From Catajapyx aquilonaris (Eukaryota): a stretch of 64,000 nt of DNA. The position numbers were made by a program, and so were the translations under genes. The notes under the pieces were generated by a model. That model had not been told where the DNA came from and did not search any database. It saw only the letters and a list, made by a program, of their open reading frames with translations. Within the stretch, counting starts at the first letter, position 1. Each line of letters starts with the position of its first letter. Below are positions 27,777 through 38,564 of this stretch, piece by piece. The stretch lies in the NCBI GenBank assembly GCA_000934665.2, contig JYFJ02002195.1:1-64000 (forward strand), read 5' to 3'.

Positions 27777-29066
27777 AAAAAGCTAGCCCTAATGAGAATA
27801 ATGCCTGATAAAAATCCACAAATTTTAATGAATTGGGAAGAAAAATACGCTTAATTATTATCGCAACAATGGCATCATACAAATGTGTGAGGAGGATTGA
27901 GAATGACTTATAGGTAAGTCATAGTCTACTATCATTATAATAATGTGACAGGTGCATTTTAAAGAAATCACCCAAAGATGCCGCAGATGACTAGGGGCAA
28001 GTAGTCATAGGCCTATCGTGTAACTCTCCCAATCGAGACTATGTCAATCATTGGGTTATTTAAAATATATTTAATTTAATAATTATTGTAAAATTATTTA
28101 AAAAATAGTGTAACACTTGTCGGGATTGCTGTTACGATTTGTTCGCACAAATCTTAATTATCATTCAACACACCCTGACATCGTTACTATTAGTGCCTAG
28201 TGGTTATCAAACACATTACGTACCCAACTTTAATCAAGCCTGCTAAAATTTGACATTGCAATAATATTACCCGCTAATAGTTTTTAACAATTAAAACTAA
28301 CTAATCATGAGTGACTGCTTGATAATTTTAATAAGCATCTCAAAGTCCAGTCAAAATCCCCGCGCCTAGAAGTTCCTCAGCAGTGTCGCCAGGCGTCGCC
28401 ACCTGCCAAACAGAATCGAACAGAGGTCCTTCCTCTGCAGGCACACCTAGCGACATCTACCCAATATTCTACGAACTATATTTCATACTTCTTCAGGTGT
28501 ACTTTAGATTGACTCTTGTCATAATGTATTCCCCCGGTAGCACTTATCAAATTGCCATTTTGAGTGTAATATGTAGTGAAGTTTTACAGCCCGAACTCTT
28601 ATTCATCATCATCATCATTTACTTCACGGCAAAATAATCCCATAGAGGGGTAGCCAGCGGAGTACAGGTTGCCCCTGTCCCCCTCGTATGACCTACAAAA
28701 TGACACTCTGGTGGATGGTCAGGCCACGCAGAGGTTAATGAAAGGGATGAATATGATATAAATGATATGAACACATATACACAAAACGTACAATCATACA
28801 ATGTAAACAACTCTTATTGATTGAGGTAAATTAATGACTGACGGTTTTTTGGGCGGGAATATGCGAAACAAGGCCCATATATTTTTATCATTACTGTATT
28901 TGGTAAACTGCACAATAATAATGCCACTTATGCCCAGGCACATATTATGAAAAATGTCTCCCATTTTATCCTGTGAAATCTGTGTATATCGGAATTGCAC
29001 GAGACACTAAAATATTCCGTAATGGACAATAAGTCTCTACCATATTTAATAGATATGCAGACTGTA

Positions 29067-29365
29067 CAGTGAAACCTGTCCATAACGGACCCTTTGTATA
29101 CCGGAAAACTGTCTAATTGCGAGATCTTTTTTCTGGGAACGGGCGTAGGCTAGTATATGATATCTGATGATATGCATATGCCATGAATTCCGTGTCTAAT
29201 AGAGTGAAACCTGTGTATAGCTGAATCGCAGAGGACCCTAAAATTTTCCGTAATGAACACGTTTTCCCTATATTCGACGCAGAATTTATGACCTATGCAT
29301 ACGCCCGTTCCCGCAAAAGACATGTTTCCGCTATACAAAGGGTCCGTTATAGACAGGTGTCACTA
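29067..29365. mobile_element. pogo/Tigger-like MITE (CAGT termini)
   Basis: TA-cagtgaaacctgtccataacggaccctttgtata pairs with tatacaaagggtccgttatagacaggtgtcact. A second internal inverted pair is gggaacgggcgta / tacgcccgttccc, and there is an internal TIR-like copy gtgaaacctgtgtata. Confidence 0.85.
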
Positions 29366-29599
29366 CATACTACATGCCCGATATACGTAGGCCTACAAAT
29401 ATATTGTACAGTACGATATACTCGTGTATGTACAGCGCAAGTCTAATAAAGCGGAAACTTGTCAATTTGTGGAAAATTCAAGGGTCCTGTGCTAATCAGG
29501 AAGAGTTCGGCCTGTAAAACTGCACTACATATATGATTTCAAAATGGGAATATGAGAACTGCTACTGCCCTACTGGGGAAAACATTATATGGCTTCACC

Positions 29600-29980
29600 A
29601 TAATTATGGCCACCCACCTATCCGTGCACCTAAATTCCCGCGCTCCGAGACGACAAAACATGGCGTCCATAAACCACGTGACAGCCGTAGCCAATAGAAA
29701 ACATCCACTCCAAGTTGGCCACCTGTTGGCCACGTTTTTCTCTAACAGCCCTCTTGTAGCCCTCTAGTAGCGGTCCTTCATAGCTCCAGTACCCTCTAGG
29801 TCTCCCTCGTGCCATCTGCCGGCCGGCCACCCAACCAACATGATTGGATACTACCGACAGTGCTACCGAGTATCTCTTCCACTCCTCTAGTACCGACAAA
29901 GACTATCATTCCACACCGGCTGGTGAACAACCTCGTGGCTGGCCTTTGTCGCTAATTAGTGTCGCCAATTTTAATTAAGG
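29600..29980 (+). promoter_or_regulatory. CpG-rich promoter/5' region of KLHDC4
   Basis: Immediately upstream of the ATG; contains a YY1-like aacatggcg, CCAAT boxes (gccaat ~29690, gattgg ~29842) and several CTCF-like motifs. Confidence 0.55.
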
Positions 29981-32900
29981 ATGGGCAAGAGGGACAAGAA
30001 GAAGAAGGAGAAGAAGGGGAAGGGTGCGGAGAAGACGGCCGCCAAGACCCTGAAGAACCAGGCGCAGAAGATCAAGAAGCAGATCGTCAAACTTGGAGAG
30101 GTAAATTGTCACGTGACAAGGAGACGCGCATTAAACTCCAGCCAAGATATTTTTTAAAACGACTAATTAACGTGCCTCCACTTATCACCTGGCAATCACC
30201 TTCCCTCCTCATACGTTGTCAACTTGGGCAGAGAAACACCCTGCATGTCGTGGTGGTGGGGGCTTCAGTTTCTCCCATGACCCCAAGAGCTATGCCGGCG
30301 GTAGCTTCGTCTACTGGCAGGACCTCCCAAGTCGGACAGGTCTTTGGGATAGGAGACAGATAGCAGTCTTTCCTCTCGTCTTTTTCCTCATCGTTTGTCT
30401 CTCCATCTGTCCCACCTTCGCATATTTTTATAGCCAGATTGGCCATAGTTGCTTTGGCTCCTTCCTAATCAAACCAAAACACCCTACATAATTTCCAATG
30501 ATTTACCCGGATTTACCATAGTCAACTTATACCAGGCAGGGAGACGCAGCTCAAGGGTGACTCCAACCCTACTCCAACTCCAACCAGAATATTTTTAAAT
30601 TACTAATTAATACTTTTCTTACCTTGTCTTAAAAGGAAGAGGTTGACAAGATGATAGCACGCATTGAAGCGCAGGATGCGGCCAGGAGCAAGGTAGTCGA
30701 GGAGGTGCTCCCTGCTGGTCCGTCCCATAGAGCCAATTTCACCTTGACGGCCCATCCAGACAAGGATGAGCTGGTCATGTTTGGCGGGGAGTTCTTCAAC
30801 GGACAGAAGACTGAGTTGTACAACGACCTGGTTGTGTACAACGTGGGGCGGAAGGAATGGAAGAAGGTGACTGCGCCCAAGGCACCTCCGCCACGCTGCT
30901 CCCACCAGGCTGTGATGGTTGCCTCAGGGACTGGAGCGCAGCTGTGGGTGTGCGGAGGCGAGTTCTCTTCACCCAGCCAGGCGCAGTTCCATCACTACAA
31001 AGATCTCTGGGTCTTCCACCTGCAGGATAAGAAGTGGGAAAAGATAATGTGAGTTGGTAACCGCAAATGTTGACAACAAATTATTGATGCCGTCTCTTCC
31101 TCCTAGTGCCCCTGGAGGCCCATCCCCACGAAGTGGGCATCGCATGGTGTGTGTACGTAAGCATTTGGTGGTGTTTGGAGGCTTCCATGACAATTTGTTG
31201 GACTACCGGTATCACAACGATGTCCATGCATTTGATTTGGATTCGCGCAAGTGGAAGAAGCTTGAAGTGTCTGGAACCCCACCGTCTCCCCGCTCTGGTT
31301 GCCAGATGGCAGCCATGCCTGATGGGAAGATTGTGATTTATGGGGGTTACATGAAGGAAAAGATGGGGAAGGATGCAGATCGAGGACACACATACACCGA
31401 CATGTTTGTCCTCACGCCTGAGAGTGAGTCATATTTTTATGGTGAAGCCACATGATTTGCAAGAGCCTCTCAATAAAGAGCCATAATATTTTGCTCTTGG
31501 GAAGTGTTTAGTACATTGGGTGATTGTAAAATTAAATTCATGTAGTGTGTGGCAAAAACATGGACTCATATTGATGTAGAATATGATGTCAACCTATTAT
31601 GAGAACCGTGTCTTGCAGTTAAAATTAAAATTCCCTCATTAAAATCCTTGTTGCAGTTACTCTAGTGGCAGAAGGATCGAAAATCATGTCATTCCTTCTT
31701 CCACGTTGATATGCTCTAAAATTTTCCCAAAGACTGGACATGTTTCATAGTTTCTCAGAAACTGGCAATCATGTACCCTTCATTTTCAGAGAGTGACCAG
31801 ACATTGTCAAAGTGGAAATGGGGGTCACTGAAGCAGACTGGGATCCGACCTCCTCCCAGGTGTGGATTCTCACTTGCAACCGCACCTGGAAACAGTCGGT
31901 CATACATGTTTGGTGGAGTGTGGGATGAGGAAGAGGATGAGGAATCCATCAAGGGAAAGTTTCTTAATGATCTTCACATCCTTGAGCTGGACCGTGGTGC
32001 TTGGATATCAGGTACAAAGATGGATAGGGAAGCAAAAGGATTGGTTTTTCCGTCACCTGAGATAATTTTTATTGGAAGTTGTTCCTCATTTTTTAAAAGT
32101 GAAACTGAGCTTCTCAATATACTTGCTACATTACCAGTTACCTAAAAATGTGCAATTTCAGTGAACCTGAGTGGCAAGAAGGACAAGAAGCAGCGCAGGA
32201 AGGGCAAAGGTGATGGTGATGATGCCGCAGAGGAAATGGAGGACATGACAATTGACGCGCCTGAGGTTCCTCCTGCGCCACAAACCACAACTAGTGACGA
32301 TGGCATTTTCACTGTGACTGTGGGAGGGGCTACCCCATCCACCAGTGCAGTCCAAGGACCTACCAGTGGACCCAACACTGGTGACGCTGTGTCAGGGCCC
32401 ACTCCACGGATGAATGCAGGGATGGCAGTGAGGAAGAGTGTGCTGTACCTGTACGGAGGGATGGTGGAGGACGGGGACAGGCAACTCACCCTGGCTGACT
32501 TCTACTCACTAGGTTGGTCCTGGTTGCATTCACCTAGTGTAGCTTGCCTGTTCTTGGGAAATAAAACACTGGAATTCACCCATCTGTGCAAGAGTCACTA
32601 ACTGCACTAAATCCAAGGCACACAAGGCTCTTGCCAAGACAAGATAAGACTGGCAGGAGTTGGGGGTCAGAGCAGGCTGTGTGGGACTATCCTTGTCAAG
32701 TGGGTGGGAAAATGGCCCCATGTGACCAACTGCAAGGTGATCACTTGGGATGGCCTATTTTATCACATGCCAGTACATTATATATTTTTAAAGCTCAATG
32801 AGTCAAAAAGTTGATTTTCAGGATGAAAAGTAATAATTCTTGCTGCGAGCAAGGAAATTATGGCCCAATGGGGAAATTCGCATGCAACTACTGTAACAAT

Positions 32901-33114
32901 TAATTCCTTGCCTTCTTACTGAATAGATCTGCGCAAGTTGGATGAATGGCACACCCTAATTCCTAACGACATGGCAACACAGCAGTGGATTGAGTCGGAT
33001 AGTTCCGATGATGAAGATTCAGAGGGGGATGGGAAGGACAGTGAAGAAGAGAGTGACGAGGATTCAGAGTCAGATGAAGAGGAGGACGACATGGACACAA
33101 ATGAACCTGTATAA
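29981..33114 (+). CDS. KLHDC4: Kelch domain-containing protein 4; 6 coding exons, ~536 aa
   Basis: Exons 29981-30100, 30636-31048, 31107-31423, 31790-32011, 32162-32512, 32927-33114; all GT-AG and phase-consistent (1611 nt). Basic N-terminus MGKRDKKKKEKKGKGAEKTAAKT, kelch repeats (ELVMFGGEFFNGQK, PPPRCSHQ, GGEFSSPSQAQFHHYKDLW, PSPRSGHRM) and an acidic C-tail match KLHDC4. Confidence 0.95.
30237..30368 (+). mobile_element. RTE-clade LINE 5'-UTR-derived fragment in KLHDC4 intron 1
   Basis: tgtcgtggtggtggggcttc...atgaccccaagagctatgccggcggtag...ctactggcaggacctcccaagtcggacaggtc resembles the recalled conserved 5' UTR of RTE elements (Expander/Rex3/BovB type). No reverse transcriptase ORF follows. 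Confidence 0.6.
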
Positions 33115-33399
33115 AAGTGTGAAGCAGCATAAACAAGTTTCATTAATTAAACTGTACTTCCTTTATTACTTTCCAATTACCATTACTTGCCCAACACCAA
33201 TGAAGTTCACCTAGCACGTAAATCACCTGCATGTCGATGTTACAAATGCGAATTACTTGAGAATGAATCATGTTGTAATTGCACAACTTACAATTTATAT
33301 GATAATGAGCCACATGGAAGAGCAATGTTGGGGTGAGATATCAATGCATGTGTCAATGGGACAGTATTTATTCAGGGCGCAGGAGGCAATGGAGTTCAC

Positions 33400-33636
33400 G
33401 CCCAGAGAGCTACAACTGCACAAAGTTTGCCCATTGTTAAATCATATGGACTGATGTGGTTGTGTCAGATGAAAAAAACGTGCAGGTCTCTTGCCCTGCG
33501 CCACAATTCCATTACTCATTGCACTCTGTACCTGAAAATAACAATCACTCCAGCTGACTGCCAGAGCTCATTCAACACAATGTCATGCTGTGTGGAGGGT
33601 GTCATTGCTGCCCATGGCGATGTCACCTGCTACTAG
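33400..33636 (+). pseudogene. Internally deleted Tc1-like transposase relic
   Basis: KFAHC*IIWTDVVVSDEK (33423-33476) resembles the Tc1 W..V.FSDE motif. ITPADCQSSFNTMSCCVEGVIAAHGDVTCY* (to 33636) resembles the Tc1 C-terminus SMPRR...VI.A.GG.T.Y. Confidence 0.65.
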
Positions 33637-34648
33637 GCGAACTTTGTGGCACGTTTAGTGCTCTGGGCGAACTCCATTACCCCCGGCACACTAAATGCTG
33701 TCCTATTCTTCTTGTTCCACTGACAAATGCCCTGATATCTCACCCTAACGTTGTCTTCCATGTGGCTCATTAGCATTCAAGTTGTGTAATTAAAACATGA
33801 TTCATTCTCAAGTAATTCGTATTTGTAATGTCAACATGCAGGTGGTTTTCATATTGGTGTTGGGGAAGCACAAAAAAAATCCTCAATGCCAAAAGATGTG
33901 AAGTTCTTTTTTGGGGGGACAAAAACAAGAAAACACTCCACTCAACTTCAGATTTTAATCCATATAATCACAAGATATTTATAATGTAATACAACTGAGA
34001 GTTACAGCATAGCTGCATAAATAATTGTGGAAGTAAGATATTGACATTCAAAAAGCTTTCAAAAGCAAGAGGCCCACATGTGACACATTATTTCCTGATA
34101 GCAAATTGATTAGTCAGGTACTCTCTTCCAGCCTTTTAAAAATGGGACCGATAGTCTACAAAAATAATTTTTGAACTCTTTCACTTGCTCCACTCATGCT
34201 TCCATAATTTTCAATCTCACGTTCAATCTGTGTTTCCCAGAAATTTCCATCTCTAGAAATCCAAGCTTGCTTGCCATGGAGTAGCTTTCCTTACTAATTG
34301 ATTAATTTCTTTCAGTCTATCTATACGTAGGAAAAAATACTTCAATTTGTTCAGGCAACTTTACTCACATTTTTTTCCCACCCAAAGTCAGTCTACAGAA
34401 ATTGGCCATGCTTCCCAAAAAATTTCTCCTAGTTCAAGTGCATTCAGCCATCTCCTTCCTTGATCAAAAAGGAAAAAAAAAAAAAGTTTCTTTGGTGGTA
34501 CACAATTCATAGTAATCAGACACCATTTTTCTCAAACTCATGGACGTTTGCCTGACATTCAAAATGTGAGCCCTTAACAAATTGCTGATGAGCAGGCATA
34601 AAAGCATCCATTGAGAGAAAAAGGGTTCTGCTACGACAAAAACATTAA

Positions 34649-34775
34649 CGCCCGATTTTACCAACCAAAATTACCGACCCGAAAGCTCCTAATGGATTGT
34701 TAGGAGCCATTTTAACATGTGCTAACGATCCGTTATGAGCTATCGAATCGGTAATTTCTTTGGTGCAATTGGGCA
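34649..34775. mobile_element. PIF/Harbinger-type (Tourist-like) hairpin MITE with TAA target duplication
   Basis: TAA-cgcccgattttaccaaccaaaattaccgacccgaaagctcctaatggattgttag ... ctaacgatccgttatgagctatcgaatcggtaatttctttggtgcaattgggca-TAA; imperfect ~55-bp arms. Confidence 0.75.
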
Positions 34776-34847
34776 TAAGACTGGTGAGTATGTTAAATAA
34801 CTATTACGACAAAAATATACTTTCTTCAATGTCACTTGTCAGAATTA

Positions 34848-35804
34848 TTACAGTTCTGGCATCCTAGTGTGAGCAAACACCAAGCAAGCATTACGCAGTT
34901 CAGAAGCATTGTGGTGGATAGCAAAATTCAGGACAGGTATGACCCTATCTACCTGGAGAGTGCTTGCTAGGCTATGCTCGCAAATAGACTTCAGGCGTGG
35001 AAGATCGTACTTTTCAGCAGCAGCCAACAATTCCATTGCAATTTCTTGCAAATTTTCAGGTGCTTCATCGGTGTACATGTAGTAGACTAGGCCTGTCAGT
35101 GCAGATTCTTCCATATCCTCAACATATATTTTTCCAGTGGTCCTCTCCAAGGTGTTGTGCTTAAACATGGCGGTAAATACAGGGCTGCGAGCAAGGAGGA
35201 CACACTTGTGCACAGGCACTTCACGGTTCTCCTTGCTCACCATTACCACATCGCTTCCTACCTGCGATATCATCAAGTGTCTGAAATTGTCAGATAAGCT
35301 GTTCTCTGGTATTTTTATCGCCAAATGCGCAGATGCAGCTGGAATAATTGACACCATTTCTCCTCTGCACACCAGGGTGAGTGTGTCATCTGGCAAGAGG
35401 TCAGATGACCTTGCCTCTAGTTCCTTGTTAGATATGAACATGCAATATCCATACTCCGGAGATTCATAATTAAGCCCTTTTGGTCTGTCATAATAAGCAG
35501 TGCACCAGTGATCATTGCTGCTAACGCTCTTAATTTCAAAGACGCAGGTCACGATAACTACTTCTTCCTCTTCATTGCTGGGTACAAATCGCAAATAAAA
35601 GGAAGTCTCATTGCGAGATCCAGCCACCTCCCCATTGGGATAAAACACCAATTCCCACTTCGTAGGTACTTTTCCATTAGTTACATAGCGATCAGACACC
35701 AATTTCCTCATGTGCTTCAGGAAACTGTACTGCTTAATAACCCACTTGAAACAAAATGTTTTAACTTCTGCATCAGTTACAACTGATTGTACGTCTGCCT
35801 CCAT
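34848..35804 (-). CDS. Speckle-type POZ-like (MATH-BTB) Cullin-3 adaptor, intronless CDS, 318 aa
   Basis: Uninterrupted ORF with a MATH domain (FKWVIKQYSF...KWELVFYPNG...LLPDDTLTLVC) and a BTB domain (SDVVMV...VPVHKCVLLARSPVFTAMFKH...YMYTD...LLAAAEKYDLPRLKSICE). Too divergent to call the canonical SPOP/roadkill orthologue. Confidence 0.92.
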   Translation of the reverse strand: MEADVQSVVTDAEVKTFCFKWVIKQYSFLKHMRKLVSDRYVTNGKVPTKWELVFYPNGEVAGSRNETSFYLRFVPSNEEEEVVIVTCVFEIKSVSSNDHWCTAYYDRPKGLNYESPEYGYCMFISNKELEARSSDLLPDDTLTLVCRGEMVSIIPAASAHLAIKIPENSLSDNFRHLMISQVGSDVVMVSKENREVPVHKCVLLARSPVFTAMFKHNTLERTTGKIYVEDMEESALTGLVYYMYTDEAPENLQEIAMELLAAAEKYDLPRLKSICEHSLASTLQVDRVIPVLNFAIHHNASELRNACLVFAHTRMPEL

Positions 35805-36051
35805 CCCTCAGGTGATTCCTGAAATGTGTAATAATTATCATAGTATGACTCCTTCATAATACCTCTGATGCTGCTGGGATTATTGACTGTGATTTTCTTT
35901 GGAGCATCATAGAGGCAGGAACAAGAGAGGATCAATTCGCTCCCTTTAAAATCACTCTGCACTATAATTGGACTAGAAACAAAATATTACTAGTTTCTCA
36001 CCAAAGGTTTACTTGCCTGTAACATATTGAGGCTTACATCCAAGAAACACC

Positions 36052-36399
36052 TCTCACAAGGGAACTTTCTGATGTACAATAACGGATCTGAGTGAAACTG
36101 AACACACTAAAAGAGGACAATGCATATGATAACTGAAAATGAAATAATTTCATGCTCAGCTGCATATTTGCAAAAGTTATGACTTGTAAAAGTGCCAACA
36201 ATAGTACATTTCCATATACACAATTGAATTTAGTTAGTGACCACATACAATGACTATACACTTTCACATGCCATAACGTCTACAAATATGCAGCTCAACA
36301 CAAAATGCCTTCATTTTCGGTTATCCTATGTATTGTCTTTTATTAGCATGCTCAGTTTCATCTGGATTTGTTACCACCTCGGAAAGTTTCCTTGTGAGA
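36052..36399. mobile_element. Old foldback/MITE-like inverted repeat
   Basis: tctcacaagggaactttc...gctgcatatttg...ttatgac pairs imperfectly with gccataac...caaatatgcagc...gaaagtttccttgtgaga over ~145 bp. The - ORF 36034..36267 and the + ORF 36237..36428 give similar peptides. Confidence 0.75.
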
Positions 36400-36552
36400 A
36401 AACTCGACTGTTCACATTGATATTGTGAATGGGTCTCTACAATGCAGGGTTACTGTCTGCAGTGCTTGTCATTTTAATTATCTTGGCCAATTTTTCAACT
36501 CACATGCTAATGGCTGCATAAATATACCTCTCACCTGGTTTTTAAATATATA

Positions 36553-37260
36553 CAGTGTCCGACAAAATTAACTCCCTATTTCGTTTGATTTGGAATTTAG
36601 CTGAACGTTGTTTTTTTTCCAAATAATATTTCATTTAGTATTTAAATTCTTTGTTCGCCAGTTTTCAAAAATGGTATCATTGGCTAAACGTCCACCTTTA
36701 ACAGCGCTACACTAATCGGCTAGCTTTTTATTGAATTCCCATCACTTTCTTGAACATTTCAACTGGTATGTTTTAGATTTCTTGTCGAATATTGTCCTTC
36801 ATTTGGTCGAGAATTTGTGGTTGATTCATGTACACCTTCTCTTTTAAATAACAAAATTTATAAGGCTGGAGTTGTTAAATGACATGATCTTGCAGGCCAA
36901 TGCAAATCAGCAAAACGAGAAATTAATTGGCCAGGAAAATGGTCTTTCAAAATTCCTAAAATTGCTTCTGTGGTTGTACGCAGTGTTGTGCTGTCCTGTT
37001 GAAACCACACACTGACCAGACCTTGTTCTTTAATCTCCAGCATTAAGAAGTCTTGAATAATCTGCTATAATTATCATCAATTCCAGTTGTCATTTGTCCA
37101 TTATTGTTCACATAAAATTAAGTCTAATGAGTGATGACATTTTGGGCATGAATAGTGCACCATACTGTATCTTTTCTGAATGTTTCATGAATGATGTGTG
37201 GGTTTTCACTTCCCCAAAATGGAGAATTTTGTTTATTGGCATGACTACAAAATACGCACC
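36553..37260 (-). pseudogene. Degenerate mariner/Tc1-superfamily transposon (3' half with one TIR)
   Basis: Minus-strand fragments NKQNSPFWGSENPH, WFQQDSTT, FPGQLISRFADLHWPARSCHLT and YLKEKVY...NIRQEI are broken by stops and frameshifts. TA-cagtgtccgacaaaattaact at 36551 looks like the terminal repeat. Confidence 0.85.
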
Positions 37261-38564
37261 TAACAAATGTAACGCTTGCTTCTCACAATCCAATTAGCAT
37301 GCTCCTTTGCAACCAGCCAGCACCATGGCTACTCACAGCGCAGTCAGGCAGGATCACCCAAGCAGTACGTCGCCCTTAGAAACCCTGCAAAAAAAAAAGT
37401 GAGAATGTTGGCATATCATATTTGGCAGGGTGGCACAGCATGTCACATCTTGGTCCAATGCAAATATTGGCTCAGCTCGAGTGGGCAATCAGAAAAACTG
37501 TTCCTTACAATACCCCACAATCACCCTCAAAAGCTCAATATAATTTATTAATGGCAGCTGACATGCCTGTTACATCGGTATATTGGCCCCTGGCTAGGCA
37601 GGATGTTCCAATTGAAATGTTCGTAGTTGCCAGCGTTTTTGCGCACCTAACTTGTAAGCAGTTATTTCTGGCATGGTTACTTTTAGTGGTTATCTAAAGT
37701 ACGGTACTATCTACCAACATTAGGTTGTATGAGCCCATCCTTTTTGAATGCCTGCAAATTGGTTCTGCTATTTTACACTCGATGCCAACTGCCCTGAAAC
37801 CAGTCCACTCTGGGGTTGCACCGAACCGCCAACCCAGATGGCTTGACAATGGCATACCAAGTCGACATCAGGCATGCAGTCGTTGTTTGGGGCATTACCA
37901 TGGTAACCTGCTGAAACGTCCATTGAGATGGAATGATAAAGTTACCAAGGTTGCAACCAATCAATCACCCAAATTGGGCAGTGTCTGGAAAAGGAGGTTT
38001 CCGCTGGCACTGTACAGTACTTACAAGTTAGTATACCTGTCACTTCAAGGAAGTGGTTTTCCAAAACCAAATCACACTTTTACATACATCCCGCCATGAG
38101 CTGGAATATGAAATAAACATGCAGAGTCAAATACGCTGCTGTTATCACACGTCCAGTGCATGCATCATTTGCATCGCTCTCCTGTTCACCCTCTGCAGAC
38201 GCAGGCAGTTGTTCCATAAAAGCTAAGCTTACAACTCGAATGACAGGGCTCTGAAGCCTCCTTTCGCATGCTATTGGCATTATGTAAACTTGAGTTTTGA
38301 ATCGTCTTTGAGCATGTACACACACATGTCCAGCGTACCTCTCCAGCACACAGCTTCCAGCAAGTGGACCCCGTCTACCTCTGAAGGATCCAGCCCCAAA
38401 TCCCACCAGCAGACATGCAGATGAAGCTGTGGGCAGAAACTCACAAAGGAAAACCACGAGAACAGATGAACAGTCGTACAACCACTCCTGGAAATATGGA
38501 AATGACAAGCATGCCTCACTGCCAGGTGCTGGATGAACGTGCGTAATGGCAACCCTGGTCAAGG

